Assembly: GCA_965226495.1 (NCBI GenBank)
Contig: OZ245365.1
Location: 928,001 to 992,000, forward strand
Direction: 5' to 3'
Source of the DNA: Candidatus Marinacidobacterales bacterium
GTDB taxonomy: Bacteria > Acidobacteriota > Vicinamibacteria > Marinacidobacterales > DATDRI01
Length of the DNA: 64,000 bases
Shown piece by piece: positions 39,928 to 48,662 of this stretch (position 1 is its first letter; each line of letters opens with the position of its first letter). A model generated the notes under the pieces. The model worked only from the letters and a program-made list of their open reading frames with translations. It did not search any database and was not told where the DNA came from. The position numbers were made by a program, and so were the translations under genes.

Positions 39928-40350
39928 TTACTTATCAAGCTCCTCTTGGACAATGTAGGCACGCATACGATCGATCTTACCTTCGCGCACATGTTCCACC
40001 GATGCGACCCAGAATTGCACCCTCGTTCCAGGTTTCCCTCCGCCTATGGCCTTCGTGCTCCTTGTGCCTATTCCCGAGATTTCTACCAAAACCTGATCGT
40101 CATGAGCAAATATATTGTCAATACTCCATTTCAGATCTGGAAACGAAGCAAGGTATCCCCGTATCTCCTCTTCAAGCTCCCCTCGGCCGTTTTTTGGAGG
40201 TTCTCCAAAATCTTCATCCACGACGTCATCTGAAACGACAGAAAGGGACCGCTCGATATCGTGTTCTGCGAAGCCTTCTATATGGGTTCTCACTAGGTCA
40301 ATATTGGCCCTTTCTTCTTCTGTGTGGTCCGTGTTACTGAGATTATTCAT
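39928..40350 (-). CDS. SnoaL-like/ester cyclase (NTF2-like) protein
   Basis: SFPDLKW, DDQVLVE, REGKI; RBS AGGAG; visibly AT-richer than its neighbours. Confidence 0.75.
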   Translation of the reverse strand: MNNLSNTDHTEEERANIDLVRTHIEGFAEHDIERSLSVVSDDVVDEDFGEPPKNGRGELEEEIRGYLASFPDLKWSIDNIFAHDDQVLVEISGIGTRSTKAIGGGKPGTRVQFWVASVEHVREGKIDRMRAYIVQEELDK

Positions 40351-40413
40351 TTCTATATTGCTCCTGTTATCAAGAATGAAAGGCGTGTTTTCTGATCGCC
40401 CCAGTTGGTATTT

Positions 40414-42114
40414 CTACAACTTGGTGCTTTCGTTGGGCGCGGCATTCTTTGTGATATGAGCCGCCATTTCCTTCAGGAGCTCCGCGTTGGTGATAGGGGT
40501 CCACCCGTGTCCTTTGCTCGGCCGCCCAAACCGGAACGAGCCGGCGTAGTAGGGCGCGGACGTGTTTTCGAGAAACTCTTCCATGAGGTCGACCGGCTGA
40601 TTGAAATAGTAGTTGTCCATGTCTCCGCAGATAAAGTGCAGCTTGCCCACCAAGTCTCGTCCGATGCGGGGCCAGTTTTGCTCGAGGTAGTATCGGAGGT
40701 CGTACCCATTGTCTCTCCAGTAGAGGGCGACTTCGCGATCGATCTCTCCGGTCCGCTTGTTCCACAGCGGCTTGGGGTAACCGTCATCGCCCACGGGTCC
40801 AAACGAGGCCTCCCACGCTTCCAGGTAGTCGGTGGATCGCCCTCGGCTTCCGAGAACCGAGGCGAGTCGGCTGAGGTCCCGGATACTCTGAATCGGCTGC
40901 CCGTCGGCGGCACGGAATGCATAACGCTCCGGGGAGAGCTGACTGAGGTTCCATCCCGGCGCTTCGAATGCGTTGTCGTCCTCGTAGATATTGATGAGGA
41001 AGTGCCGTCGAAAATCGATGGGGTCTGGATAGTATACCCAGGCGCCGCCGAAAGACGTGGGATGGTGGGCTTGGAGCGCCAGCGCTTCGTACCCGCCGGT
41101 GGAGCCCCCGGTGAGCATGCGGGCGTATGAATGAGGGATCATCCTGTAGCGTTCCTCGAGATACGGAATCAGTTCCGTCAGGATCGCGTCCGCGTACGGC
41201 CCGTTGTTCGCCGAGTTCACCGCGTAGGAATCATCGAAATAGGGCGTGGGATGTTGGAAGGTGATCGCGATCATTCGTGGGAAGTCGTCGGCTATCCACG
41301 ACCGATAGAACTCGAATCCGTTCTCGACACCGCGCTCGAGCCGCGCCGCCTTGGCTGCCGGCGACTCGTCGGCCGGCTCGGTTTGGAAACCGAACGCGGG
41401 ATTGAGACTGAAGTGCCCTTGCTGGTAGACGGTTGGGTAGTAGACGTCGGGGTGTGTGTCGTAGCCCCGTGGCAGGAGGACGGTGGCGCCGATGAATATC
41501 GGGCGACCCCAAAACTCGGTTAGCAGTCTGCTCTCGAACTTCACTCGCTGGACCCATGGGTCGTCCTCGGGCACTTCGATCGGTGGGAGCTTCTCGGTCA
41601 CTTCGATCTCAACCGCGTAGCCCGCGTCGGGATTCAGGTGAACTAGCCGTTCATTGCTAAAGAGGTTTCCGGGCGCCCAATTGAAGTGCTGGCCCTCCCA
41701 TTGATCCATGTGGGCCCAGATCACGTGCCCATCGGCTCGGTGGAATTCGGTGTATACGTTGAGGAGGGCTTGCGCGTAGTATTCGCCGGGTGGGAGATCG
41801 CTGAGGCTTTCAAGGGGGTAACCCAAGGTCGACGAATCGATTACCGCGGCCTGTCCGGGTTGGAGTCGATCGATGTCGACGGCGAAGAACGGGACGCCCC
41901 GCGCGTTGGTGACCGGTTGGTGCCCGAGACTCCGCTGCCGAAGGGCGTTGCTGTTCGGCTCGGGCGAGAGGATTAGGTAGACGCGCCCCGTGATCGGCCC
42001 TGCATGGAGTGCCTTCGGAAAAGTTATCTCGAAATGCGACGAGGGATCGGAGGGCCCACAGGAGGTCAGGAAGCAAGCTAGGGCCGCGGCGATCGCGAAC
42101 TGCCGAAACGTCAA
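40414..42114 (-). CDS. Lipoprotein alpha/beta-hydrolase (putative esterase family)
   Basis: TTG start after GGAGGAGG; lipobox LTSC; GATVLLPRGY, NSANNGPY, nucleophile elbow TGGSTGG, GDMDNY. Confidence 0.8.
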   Translation of the reverse strand: MTFRQFAIAAALACFLTSCGPSDPSSHFEITFPKALHAGPITGRVYLILSPEPNSNALRQRSLGHQPVTNARGVPFFAVDIDRLQPGQAAVIDSSTLGYPLESLSDLPPGEYYAQALLNVYTEFHRADGHVIWAHMDQWEGQHFNWAPGNLFSNERLVHLNPDAGYAVEIEVTEKLPPIEVPEDDPWVQRVKFESRLLTEFWGRPIFIGATVLLPRGYDTHPDVYYPTVYQQGHFSLNPAFGFQTEPADESPAAKAARLERGVENGFEFYRSWIADDFPRMIAITFQHPTPYFDDSYAVNSANNGPYADAILTELIPYLEERYRMIPHSYARMLTGGSTGGYEALALQAHHPTSFGGAWVYYPDPIDFRRHFLINIYEDDNAFEAPGWNLSQLSPERYAFRAADGQPIQSIRDLSRLASVLGSRGRSTDYLEAWEASFGPVGDDGYPKPLWNKRTGEIDREVALYWRDNGYDLRYYLEQNWPRIGRDLVGKLHFICGDMDNYYFNQPVDLMEEFLENTSAPYYAGSFRFGRPSKGHGWTPITNAELLKEMAAHITKNAAPNESTKL

Positions 42115-42262
42115 AGCGTACCTCCTCCTAATTCATCGAGTCGGTATTCCCACGAGCTTGTGGATGTCGAGCCGGCAACAAGGTACTCTCCACGGGCAGG
42201 CGCGTCAACGTGACCGGCGCTCCCCAGAGCGTCCCCACCCTTGGCCGAGAGGGAGGCTTCAG

Positions 42263-44245
42263 ATGCTCGTATGGAAACGGATTAATTGTGTTCTCTTCCT
42301 GGTCCTTGCCGGGGCGACCTGTGCTTGCACTGCCAGTGGGCCTAGTGAGCCACGCAAGATCACGATCGAAGATGCCCTCGAGATCAAGGACACCGGGGCA
42401 CCCGCGTGGTTGCCTGGGGGCCGGGAGGTGTCTTTCTCCTGGAGCCGGGGTGGGGAAAGCGAGCTATGGGCGGCGGACGCGGCTGCGACCGAGAGAGGGC
42501 AACCAGGAGCCCCGACGCTCAGGCAGCTGGCGCCCCTTTCGGACCGGTCGGTTCCCACGATTTCCCCGGATGGGAAGTATCTCGCGTACGTCTCGAAGGA
42601 TCACATTTGGAAGATCCCGTTGGAAGGCGGCCGGCCGGTTCGCTTGACCACCGAGGAGGGCAGTTACCCTTCGAGGGGGATGGTCCTCAACTGGTCGCCG
42701 GACGGAAAACACATCGCGTTCTTCGTCCAGCGCGAAGACTCGCTGGCGCGACCGGGCTCACCGGCGGGGTTCGGCTACCAGACCGACGTCGGCATCGTAG
42801 CCGCTTCCGGAGGCGAGCCGAAGATGATCGCCAGCACCACCAGGGACGAGGACTCACCCATTTGGACGCCCGCGTCGGATCGCCTGGTTTTCTTAAGACG
42901 GTTCGAGGACTGGAAGGGCTACGAGATGTGGATCACCAACCTCGACGGCTCGGAGCAGCGACGGTTGGTGACCGAAACCTACGAGCGAGGTGTAGAGGAG
43001 TTCCGATTCGACGGCAACCACCACTTCTCCCCGGATGGGAAGCGCATCGTGTATCTCTCCAGTCGAACCGGTTACAACCACCTTTGGGTCGCACCCGTCG
43101 CGGGAGGCGACCCGGTTGAGATCACCACCGGACCGTACGTCGACTACCACCCCCGGTGGTCCCCCACCGAGGATCGAATCGTCTTCATCGGGAGTCGTGC
43201 CGGCGACGTCGAGGAAAGACACGTATGGGTGGTGGACGCTGATGGCGGCGAGCCGGTGCGGGTCTCGCCTGATGGTTTCTGCACGAATCCAGCATGGTCG
43301 CCGGACGGCAGCCGCGTGGCATACCGACGATCGAGCACTACCGAACCGCCGGAGATCGTCGTCCAGGAGGCTACGCCGGGGTCTCCCGTTTTTCGCCTGA
43401 CGGAGTCAAGGCCGGATCCCGTGGTCACCGCGGGCTTCGTCGAGCCCGAGGCCGTCCGCTATCCCAGCCGCGACGGTACCGAGGTTCCGGCCATTCTCCT
43501 GCGGCCCCGCGGGAACGAGCGGTCGGGCCCCGGGCTGTTGTTTTTCCACGGCAAGGGCGGCATCAACCTCAAGGGCTGGGGAGGCCTGCGCTACTACGCC
43601 TTCCACCAGTACCTGGTGCAGCAGGGTTACAGCGTGCTCTTCATCAACTGGCGCGGCACTCATATCGGGTACGGTGCCGACTTCGAGCGCGCCAACTACC
43701 GGGACTACGCTGGCGGCGAGCTCGACGACGTGGTGGCGGGCGCCGAGTTCCTCGACAAAGAAGTGGGAGTGGATCCAACGAGGATTGCCTGTTGGGGAAG
43801 CAGCTACGGCGGGTACATGACGATGTTGGCTATCACCAAGGCCCCTGAGGTCTGTAGCGCCGGGATCTCTCGCGTGGGCGTGTCCGACTGGGAGCTGATG
43901 CTCGAGCAGCCCGACAGGAAGCTCTACAACGTCCGCGTCCTCGCCAAGCTCGGCGACCCGGCCGAGAACCCGGAGATTTGGCAACGCGCCGCACCGATCC
44001 GCTACGCGGCCGAAGCCCGCTCCCCGCTCCTCATCCTTCAGGGACAGGACGATCCCGGCGTGGTGCCGGAGCAGGGGGAGACTCTCTACGACGCCATGAT
44101 CAAAGAGGGGAAGACGGTGGAGTACGTTGCCTACATCGGGGAGGGGCACGGCTTCACCCACACCGGGTCGCTCCGCGACCAATACAACCGGATGGTTGCC
44201 TTCCTCACCGAGCACAATGGTGTGCACACGGATTCGACGGACTGA
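42263..44245 (+). CDS. S9 peptidase with PD40 propeller, paralog 2
   Basis: Highly similar to 23031-25088, including the GGAGGCTTCAGATGCT start context; GSSYGG, GQDDPGV, GEGHGF. Confidence 0.9.
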   Translation: MLVWKRINCVLFLVLAGATCACTASGPSEPRKITIEDALEIKDTGAPAWLPGGREVSFSWSRGGESELWAADAAATERGQPGAPTLRQLAPLSDRSVPTISPDGKYLAYVSKDHIWKIPLEGGRPVRLTTEEGSYPSRGMVLNWSPDGKHIAFFVQREDSLARPGSPAGFGYQTDVGIVAASGGEPKMIASTTRDEDSPIWTPASDRLVFLRRFEDWKGYEMWITNLDGSEQRRLVTETYERGVEEFRFDGNHHFSPDGKRIVYLSSRTGYNHLWVAPVAGGDPVEITTGPYVDYHPRWSPTEDRIVFIGSRAGDVEERHVWVVDADGGEPVRVSPDGFCTNPAWSPDGSRVAYRRSSTTEPPEIVVQEATPGSPVFRLTESRPDPVVTAGFVEPEAVRYPSRDGTEVPAILLRPRGNERSGPGLLFFHGKGGINLKGWGGLRYYAFHQYLVQQGYSVLFINWRGTHIGYGADFERANYRDYAGGELDDVVAGAEFLDKEVGVDPTRIACWGSSYGGYMTMLAITKAPEVCSAGISRVGVSDWELMLEQPDRKLYNVRVLAKLGDPAENPEIWQRAAPIRYAAEARSPLLILQGQDDPGVVPEQGETLYDAMIKEGKTVEYVAYIGEGHGFTHTGSLRDQYNRMVAFLTEHNGVHTDSTD

Positions 44246-44347
44246 CGCTTCCACTCGCCGGGCGGGCTTGAAATTTCCTATCCTTAATGCAAGCTTGGCG
44301 GGCCGTAGCCGGCACGAAAAGTCACGCTGGGAAGTAAGCGGCGAAGG

Positions 44348-44734
44348 TCAAGCAAGCTCGAGGTCAGTCTTCGGGAAATCGTCACCCGCAGCCAGCAAGG
44401 GTCGGCCCGCCAGGTGTGCGGTCGCGTAGGACATGCAATCGCCGAAGTTCAAGGCTGCCGGATGACGGCCCTTCCCAAACCGGAGCCAGGCTTCAACGGC
44501 GGTTCCATAGTGCGCCTCGCCAAAGGGAACGGTTGCGATGGAGGCTTCTATGAGGAAGCGCGAGAGGAGACTGCGGGCATCCTGACGCAACCGGGCAGAC
44601 AAGACAATGGCGGTCTCGGTCAAGGTCGGCACTCCGATACCAGCGTTAGGCTCCCGGAGCAGTTTCTCCAACAGGCTTTCAAAGCCGGGTTCTTTCAGGG
44701 CGATCGCAACAACTGCCGAGCTGTCGAGAATCAC
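44348..44734 (-). CDS. vapC: VapC PIN-domain toxin
   Basis: ILDSSAVVAI, E in TLTETAIV, GKGRHPAALNFGDCMSYA, GDDF; GTGA overlap with the antitoxin stop. Confidence 0.92.
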   Translation of the reverse strand: MILDSSAVVAIALKEPGFESLLEKLLREPNAGIGVPTLTETAIVLSARLRQDARSLLSRFLIEASIATVPFGEAHYGTAVEAWLRFGKGRHPAALNFGDCMSYATAHLAGRPLLAAGDDFPKTDLELA

Positions 44735-45003
44735 ACTCCCGCTTTGCCATACCCTAGTATGGCCTCCTCTTCTGCACGACTCAGTCTCCGGCCGATCTCC
44801 TCCGCGGGTACCGTCGGCCAGACCTCCTGCTCGAGAAACCGTCGGAGTCTGGCCTCACGGTTCGCGCTTGATACCAGGAAAGTGAGTCTTTCCCGGCGCT
44901 CCTCCAGCGCCTTCCGGACGGCTTCAGTCTTGCTCTCCCCGGCCAACCGGGCGACCTCCCGAACGAGCCGTTCAACCTCAGGATTCTTTATGTTCAATGG
45001 CAT
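44731..45003 (-). CDS. vapB: VapB antitoxin (Rv0623/PSK transcription factor-like)
   Basis: MPLNIKNPEVERLVREVARLAGESKTEAVRKALEER..EEEAILGY, directly upstream of vapC. Confidence 0.9.
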   Translation of the reverse strand: MPLNIKNPEVERLVREVARLAGESKTEAVRKALEERRERLTFLVSSANREARLRRFLEQEVWPTVPAEEIGRRLSRAEEEAILGYGKAGV

Positions 45004-45128
45004 AAGGGACTTACCTAGAGAGGATTATATGATGTATGGTTTAAAAAGTCAACCATGGTTGACCAACTCCCCCACGGCGGCACCTTTTCGAAGTTGACAG
45101 CAAAGTGGGTATCAGTTAAAATGATACC

Positions 45129-45332
45129 ATGAAACCGAAGGAAACTCTCGCAAGGTTCGCCGCTTTTCTGGGGATCGATCTTCAGGACTGCGTCGCACTC
45201 GCCCCGAATCACGAGGAGCTGAAGGTCGTCGTCGCACCATGGATAGAGGCGCCGGATGCGAACGTCGATTGGCCCGCTCCTGTCCGTGCCACACTCGAAG
45301 ACCTGCAACGGAGGCTGGGCCGTGGCGTATAA
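45129..45332 (+). pseudogene. Probable internally deleted DUF6036-like nucleotidyltransferase
   Basis: N-terminal MKPKETL..F..FL joined directly to a C-terminal-type segment GIDLQDCVALAP..WP..VRATL.DL.RRLG; family assignment is from memory. Confidence 0.45.
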
Positions 45333-45993
45333 ACGTGTCGACGTGTCCTCCGAGCCTCTCCGCGGCGAAGAGCTCACAGCTGCGATGGTGGGCGTTGGCT
45401 TGAACTTCGCTGCTTCCGCGACCGCTGAGCCGAACATGGAAGACACGCTTCTTGATGCCTCGGTGGAAGGGATGGAGCGAGATGATCTACGGGTGCTTGC
45501 CGTTCTCGTCACGTGGCTGGGAATCCACCATCCGTGGATCAACGCGGATCGTCTCATCCGGGCGGTTCGCACTCAGACAAGCTCGCGAGTACGGTGCTTC
45601 TGGGCTGCGGTAGCGCGTTGGCTGCACCGCGATCGGCGCCTTGTGCGTCTCGTCGAGCTGTACGATGGCCCGCGCATCGATCTTCTCAGGACAGGGACGG
45701 GTTTTCAGATGCGCCGCAGAGGCGAGGACGAGCGATTCGTTGGTGGACCGCTACGAGCCCCTGCAGGAGTCCTTCGTGATCGCGTAAGCGATGTGCTCTC
45801 GGCGGCCGAGCTCGCGAAGCACCATCGGACGTATCGTTACCGCGTGCTGATGGGTCCGAGCTACCGGGCAGACATGTGGGCCGCACTCGAACTAGACCCG
45901 ACGCTGTCACCCTCTGAGCTTGCGCGTCAAACCTATGGATCGTTCGCTACTGCGTGGCAGGTCAAACGCGACTGGGAGCTGCTGGCAGCCTGA
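45322..45993 (+). CDS. Hypothetical protein with C-terminal HTH; putative partner of the upstream nucleotidyltransferase
   Basis: GTG start overlaps the upstream ORF; C-terminal LSPSELARQTYGSFATAWQV is HTH-like. Confidence 0.6.
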   Translation: MAYKRVDVSSEPLRGEELTAAMVGVGLNFAASATAEPNMEDTLLDASVEGMERDDLRVLAVLVTWLGIHHPWINADRLIRAVRTQTSSRVRCFWAAVARWLHRDRRLVRLVELYDGPRIDLLRTGTGFQMRRRGEDERFVGGPLRAPAGVLRDRVSDVLSAAELAKHHRTYRYRVLMGPSYRADMWAALELDPTLSPSELARQTYGSFATAWQVKRDWELLAA

Positions 45994-46038
45994 TGCGACT
46001 AATGAGCACACTCTAGAGAACGCGGGGGAGCATTCCAA

Positions 46039-46446
46039 GTGGCGGGCTATTCGGGAACTCCACTTGCAACGAAGCTCGGCATCAAGCCGGGATTCCGAGT
46101 GAAGATCAAGAACGCTCCAGCGAACTACCGGCGGCTGTTGGCTCCACTGCCGAATGAGGTGCTGATTTCCGCCGGTCTCCGCAGTGAGATCGACCTTTGG
46201 CACCTTTTCACCAAGTCACGCTCGGAACTCTCACGTCAACTTAAGAGCTGTTTAGTTCAGATCCGGCAGGACGGTATGATCTGGGTATCCTGGCCGAAAA
46301 AATCATCAGCCGTAGAGACAGACATTACAGAGGACACTATCCGTGAGCTCGCGTTACCACTCGGTTTGGTTGACGTAAAAGTCTGCGCGGTTGACGATAC
46401 CTGGTCGGGACTGAAACTTGTCATTCGGAAGAGCCATCGCAAGTGA
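46039..46446 (+). CDS. DUF3052 family protein
   Basis: MAGYSGTPLxxKLGIK, IWVSWPKK, GLVDVKVCAVDDTWSGLKLVIR. Confidence 0.85.
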   Translation: MAGYSGTPLATKLGIKPGFRVKIKNAPANYRRLLAPLPNEVLISAGLRSEIDLWHLFTKSRSELSRQLKSCLVQIRQDGMIWVSWPKKSSAVETDITEDTIRELALPLGLVDVKVCAVDDTWSGLKLVIRKSHRK

Positions 46447-46480
46447 CGACTAACCAGTCACGCCGGACGGCGCCCCATGC

Positions 46481-47107
46481 ATGCCGGATGATTTCATGAG
46501 CCTGGTCGGAGATCGCGGCGTACGGGCTCGAGCGTTGGGTCGAGGCTACTTCCCCCATCAGCTATCGTGCCTAATCGACAACCCGTTGCGCCGACTCTTG
46601 CTCACCCCGGCACAACTGGCGAACCGGCTGCCTCTAACAGAGTCTAGTCACGTGCTGGAAGTTGGTCCAGGCTCCGGATACTTCAGTGCGGAGCTAGCGC
46701 GCCGCGTCCCGCAGGGCCGGCTCGAGCTTCTCGATCTGCAACCGGAAATGCTCGCGAAGGCGAGGCGGAAGCTGCAGGCGAGGGGGCATCGGAACGTGAG
46801 CTACACGACGCACGATGCGAGTGAGCGCTTCCCCTTCCCGGACGAGTCCTTCGACGTTGCGGTTCTGGTCGCCGTCCTCGGCGAGGTTCCGAATTCAGAG
46901 TCCTGTCTGCACGAACTGTTTCGCGTGATGCGGGGTGGTGGAGTGCTCGCTATCCACGAGCACGTACCCGATCCCGACCGGATCCCCCTGGTAGAACTTC
47001 GACCGATGGTGGAAGCGTGCGGTTTTCGGTTTCGCCAATGCTGCGGCCCGCGGTGGAATTACACCGCCACCTTCGAGCGTCCTTTGCCGGCGAGGGGCGC
47101 CGCGTAA
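46481..47107 (+). CDS. Class I SAM-dependent methyltransferase
   Basis: VLEVGPGSGYF, DLQPEML, FPDESFD, LFRVMRGGG. Confidence 0.85.
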   Translation: MPDDFMSLVGDRGVRARALGRGYFPHQLSCLIDNPLRRLLLTPAQLANRLPLTESSHVLEVGPGSGYFSAELARRVPQGRLELLDLQPEMLAKARRKLQARGHRNVSYTTHDASERFPFPDESFDVAVLVAVLGEVPNSESCLHELFRVMRGGGVLAIHEHVPDPDRIPLVELRPMVEACGFRFRQCCGPRWNYTATFERPLPARGAA

Positions 47108-47272
47108 CAAGCATTTGAACGTGACGCCGGTCAGGTGGCGCAGTCGTGCTGATGTCGCGAATGCCTTTCAACTGAAAAGCGAATTCGGTTGCTGAACCGT
47201 TGCTGCCGCGATAGCGAGACGACCGGCACTCGCGAGCTTCGGGAGGCGATCGGTCTTAAAATCGCTTAGACG

Positions 47273-48465
47273 ATGAACCGCCGGGGTTTTCTGTTCAATG
47301 CGGCGAGTGCAGTGCTCGCGCTAGCAGGCAAGGCGCCGGCGCGCGCCTCGCCGCCTCGCCATTCTGGTGCCGTTACCCTCTTTCTATGTGGCGACGTCAT
47401 GACCGGCAGGGGCATCGATCAGGCGCTCCCCCACCCGAGCGACTCGCGTATTCACGAGCGCACCCTTAAATCGGCCCTCGGCTATGTGCAACTCGCCGAA
47501 GCCGCCAACGGCCCCATCGCTCGACCGGTCGACTACGACTACACATGGGGAGCGGCGCTCGAAGAGTTGGACCGGGACACTCGACGCCAGGATCATCAAT
47601 CTCGAGACAACCGTGACGAAAAGTGACGATTGGTTGGCCAAGGGGATCAACTATCGGATGCATCCTGCAAACGTTTCTTGCCTGACGGCGGCAGGAATAG
47701 ACTGCTGCGTGCTCGGCAACAATCACATTCTAGATTGGGGCCACTCCAGCCTTTCCGAGACATTGGCGACTCTGCGGAAGGCCGGCTTGAAAACCGCGGG
47801 AGCGGGACGAGATATCGAAGAAGCGGAGGCGCCGGCGATTTTGGAGCTCGACGGCGAGAGACGAGTCCTGGTCTTGTCTTTTGGATCGGTCACTGCCGGG
47901 ATACCGCGGCAGTGGGCCGCCACCAGGGGCACTCCCGGTGTCAATCTGTTCCCAAACCTCTCCGGCGGAACCATCCGGCACATTGCTAGGAAGGTCGAGG
48001 CTCTGAAGCAGCCGGGAGACGTCGTGGTGGCTTCGATTCATTGGGGTAGTAATTGGGGCTTCCACATTCCGCGTGAGCAGCGGACGTTCGCGCACAAGCT
48101 CCATCGAAGAGGCATACGTGGACGTGGTGCATGGCCACTCGTCGCACCATGCCAAGGGAATCGAGGTCTACAAAGAAAAGCCAATCCTCTACGGATGCGG
48201 TGATTTCATCAATGACTATGAAGGGATCCACGGGCATGAAGAGTATCGAAGCGATCTGTGTCTGATGTACTTCGTCCGGATGGACCCGTCGACGGGCACG
48301 CTTTCCGGTTTGGAGATGACGCCTCTCCAGATCCGGCGCTTCCGCCTGAATCACGCATCGAAAGAGGACGCGAGATGGCTACGAGACACGCTGGACCGAG
48401 AATCTCGAAAGCTCGACACCCGCGTGGAATTGCGGGCGGACACCCTGTCCCTCCAATGGCACTGA
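47273..48465 (+). pseudogene. CapA/PGA_cap metallophosphatase-family gene with Tat signal and two frameshifts
   Basis: MNRRGFL and GDVMTGRG in ORF 47273; INLET, GNNH, SIHWG in ORF 47484; HGHSSHH, YGCGDF in ORF 48073; shifts near 47576 and 48101. Confidence 0.8.
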
Positions 48466-48503
48466 AAAAGCCTGTGAAGAGGAAGGTGCGATTGCCGGAG
48501 AGG

Positions 48504-48662
48504 GAGGGACCCGCTGCGGGTGGTCGTGCCCTTTCCCCATTACCTCGAATGTGCTATTTTCCGGACGTACCGAGAGCCGAAGCGCTCTCGCGAACATGAA
48601 CTCAGTGGTTCTTGCTCACGCGGCCACGGTCCAACTTCCTATGATTTGATTTTCCTATGATC
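48504..48662 (+). promoter_or_regulatory. Duplicated promoter/structured leader, copy 1
   Basis: Aligns with 50594-50749; palindrome ACCCGC-T-GCGGGT (48509-48521); extended -10 TGCTATTTT (48552-48560); two hairpins. Confidence 0.65.

Noticed and set aside
29629-48465. Poly-gamma-glutamate capsule locus (CapA plus CapD-like GGT)
   Set aside because: No capB/capC, CapA is frameshifted and distant, and the GGTs lack glutamyl-binding residues
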